Shown in pieces: positions 62,404-64,000 of a DNA stretch of 64,000 nucleotides. A program made the position numbers and the translations under genes. A model generated the notes under the pieces. That model did no database searches. It was not told the origin of the DNA and saw nothing but the letters and a program-made list of their open reading frames with translations. The DNA lies in NCBI GenBank assembly GCA_026026165.1, contig JAPEUD010000030.1:124001-188000 (forward strand), read 5' to 3'. The first letter of the stretch is position 1; each line of letters opens with the position of its first letter. This DNA comes from Sarea resinae (taxonomy: Eukaryota).

Positions 62404-63083
62404 AGAAATTAGTTCAAGGAAGCAGCCACATGAGTCGACCTTGCTAAACTGGACTTTGTTCGTCTTGCTGGACGTCGATTGATATGCTGAAGAGAACTGA
62501 ACCAGCTACATGGCCTCTGTAGCTCAAGTGTCCTTTCTTTTCCATCCATCTGCTTGAGCAATCTCCAGCCTTGCTATGTAGTAGTCGAAGCTGCTCGGGC
62601 CTTTGCTCCGTTAGTAATTAGCTAACCCGAAAAACCATTGAAATACAACGTCAGCCACCTGCTTTAAATTTTCAAAATGTCTTTGTTGATTTCGATGCCC
62701 CTGTAACGAACGCCAAAGCTATGATACAGTACATAACCGAGCGCAAAGCGTATGTAAGAATACAATACATATAACTCGGCATGCCCGCTGACGCACGACG
62801 CACCGATGATGTTTATCCCCTCGCAACGCATCTCGCCGCCGAGAAGCCCGTTGCCCCCAACCTCCCATCCCATCCTATGCTACATTTTCCAGCAAGAGCA
62901 ACGAAACCTCGATGGATTGATCTCCAAACTGCGGCATTCGACCACCCGTCTTTGTTGCTCTCGGGCTCCCATCCATCCACTCATCCACTCATCCACACAT
63001 GCAGCTAGCCATCCATCAATTTCCGATCCAGACGGATGTTCTTTTTCTTTCTATTATAGAGATATCGAGATCGAACGGATCGA

Positions 63084-63808
63084 TCACCGGCCACCACCTC
63101 CTCGCTTCTGCTCGAGGAAGAGCACTTTCTTGCGCACTAGAGATTGCGCAGCGTTAGCTAGCTAGTCTTTTTCGCTCAACGGGACGGTTGTTTGTGTGGC
63201 TTGTCTCGTCTCGTAGATTGGGGTTCGCTGTCTCTCTCCCTTCTCGCTCTCCGTTTTCCGTTTTTTTCTCGTGCCAGGTGGGTTCTGCCATTCGCTGTAC
63301 GCAAACAAGGTCTGTCCCTCTCCGTTCTGCAATCCCGTCTATTATTCCCTCTCCTCCCCTCTTCTCCCCTCTGCCACCTCTTCCGCGTCTCCAATCCATC
63401 CCATCCCGCACCACACCACACCAACGAAAACAAACGGAAGCGAAGGGAAAGGAGAGAGGGCATGTCATACCAACAGGATCGTACTTGAGCATGCTCAGCG
63501 GGCGGTGCGTGCGCGGGCGCGACATGGTCTTGTAGTAGCCCGTCAGCGCCATCGAGATCAGGCGCACGGCGATGGTGCGGGATTTGGCTATTTGGTTTCA
63601 ATTGGAGAGAGATTAGTCTTCCGCGCGTTCCCAGGGGAAAGGAACACGGTGGAAACCTGGTGGGAGAAGAGGATGGAGAGAGGCATTGAGTGAGGGGTGG
63701 GAGGAGTTAGGTGGACGGGAGGGGATTGGGCATGGGGATGCGGGCATCGCGGACTGGTGAGTAGGAGGAGGATGGGATGGGATGGGACGGGATACCTTTG
63801 CGCGCCAT
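63084..63808 (-). CDS. MRPL39: Mitochondrial ribosomal protein bL33m (60 aa); exons 63808-63796, 63587-63471, 63136-63084
   Basis: Spliced product [60 protein letters not shown] matches the L33 signature (KYDP.V...VLF.E). Confidence 0.93.
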
Positions 63809-64000
63809 GATCCTTGTGCTCTTCCCAGAAGACGAAGATGCTGTGAGATAGAAGAAGAGGAGGCCGAGGAGAAGACGAGGAGGAGCAGGAACGCAATCGG
63901 TGATGGTAGAAGCCCCGTTCGTTATCTTTCTTCTCGTCAACGACGATGATGATGTTGAAGTCCTACCTTCTCTCTCTCTCTCTCTGGCGCGCCAAGCCTC

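Noticed and set aside
1..64000. CRISPR arrays, tRNA/rRNA, TPP riboswitch, transposase/RT ORFs, TGA-CTA readthrough PTS1 signals
   Set aside because: Looked for by eye and none recognised; covariance-model searches were not run.

Overview
Eukaryotic, intron-containing DNA from a filamentous ascomycete (Pezizomycotina-type short GT-AG introns with CTRAC/CTAAC branch sites). I reconstructed about 15 intact spliced genes by hand. They are a Btb1/IBTK-like ankyrin-RCC1-BTB protein, an Rgt1-like Zn2Cys6 factor head-to-head with a copper-fist factor, a ~100-aa membrane microprotein, NOT4, complex I 30-kDa subunit, an SDR, BUD22, a CtvD/PaxA-like membrane protein, MTAP/MEU1, ENP2, MED13, alanine aminotransferase, an 11-exon long coiled-coil orphan and mitoribosomal bL33m. 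There are also two frameshifted relics (an APH-like kinase and an orphan). No rRNA, tRNA, CRISPR array or intact transposon was recognised. The main points of interest are: (i) NOT4 appears to encode a short (~858 aa) and long (~1515/1611 aa) isoforms through splicing versus termination inside a long intron; (ii) MTAP and ALT carry hidden upstream mitochondrial-presequence-like extensions; (iii) the kinase relic has three compensating frameshifts that mimic an intact ORF; (iv) the coiled-coil protein has synaptonemal transverse-filament-like architecture. Exon boundaries and protein lengths are manual predictions; no database search was run.
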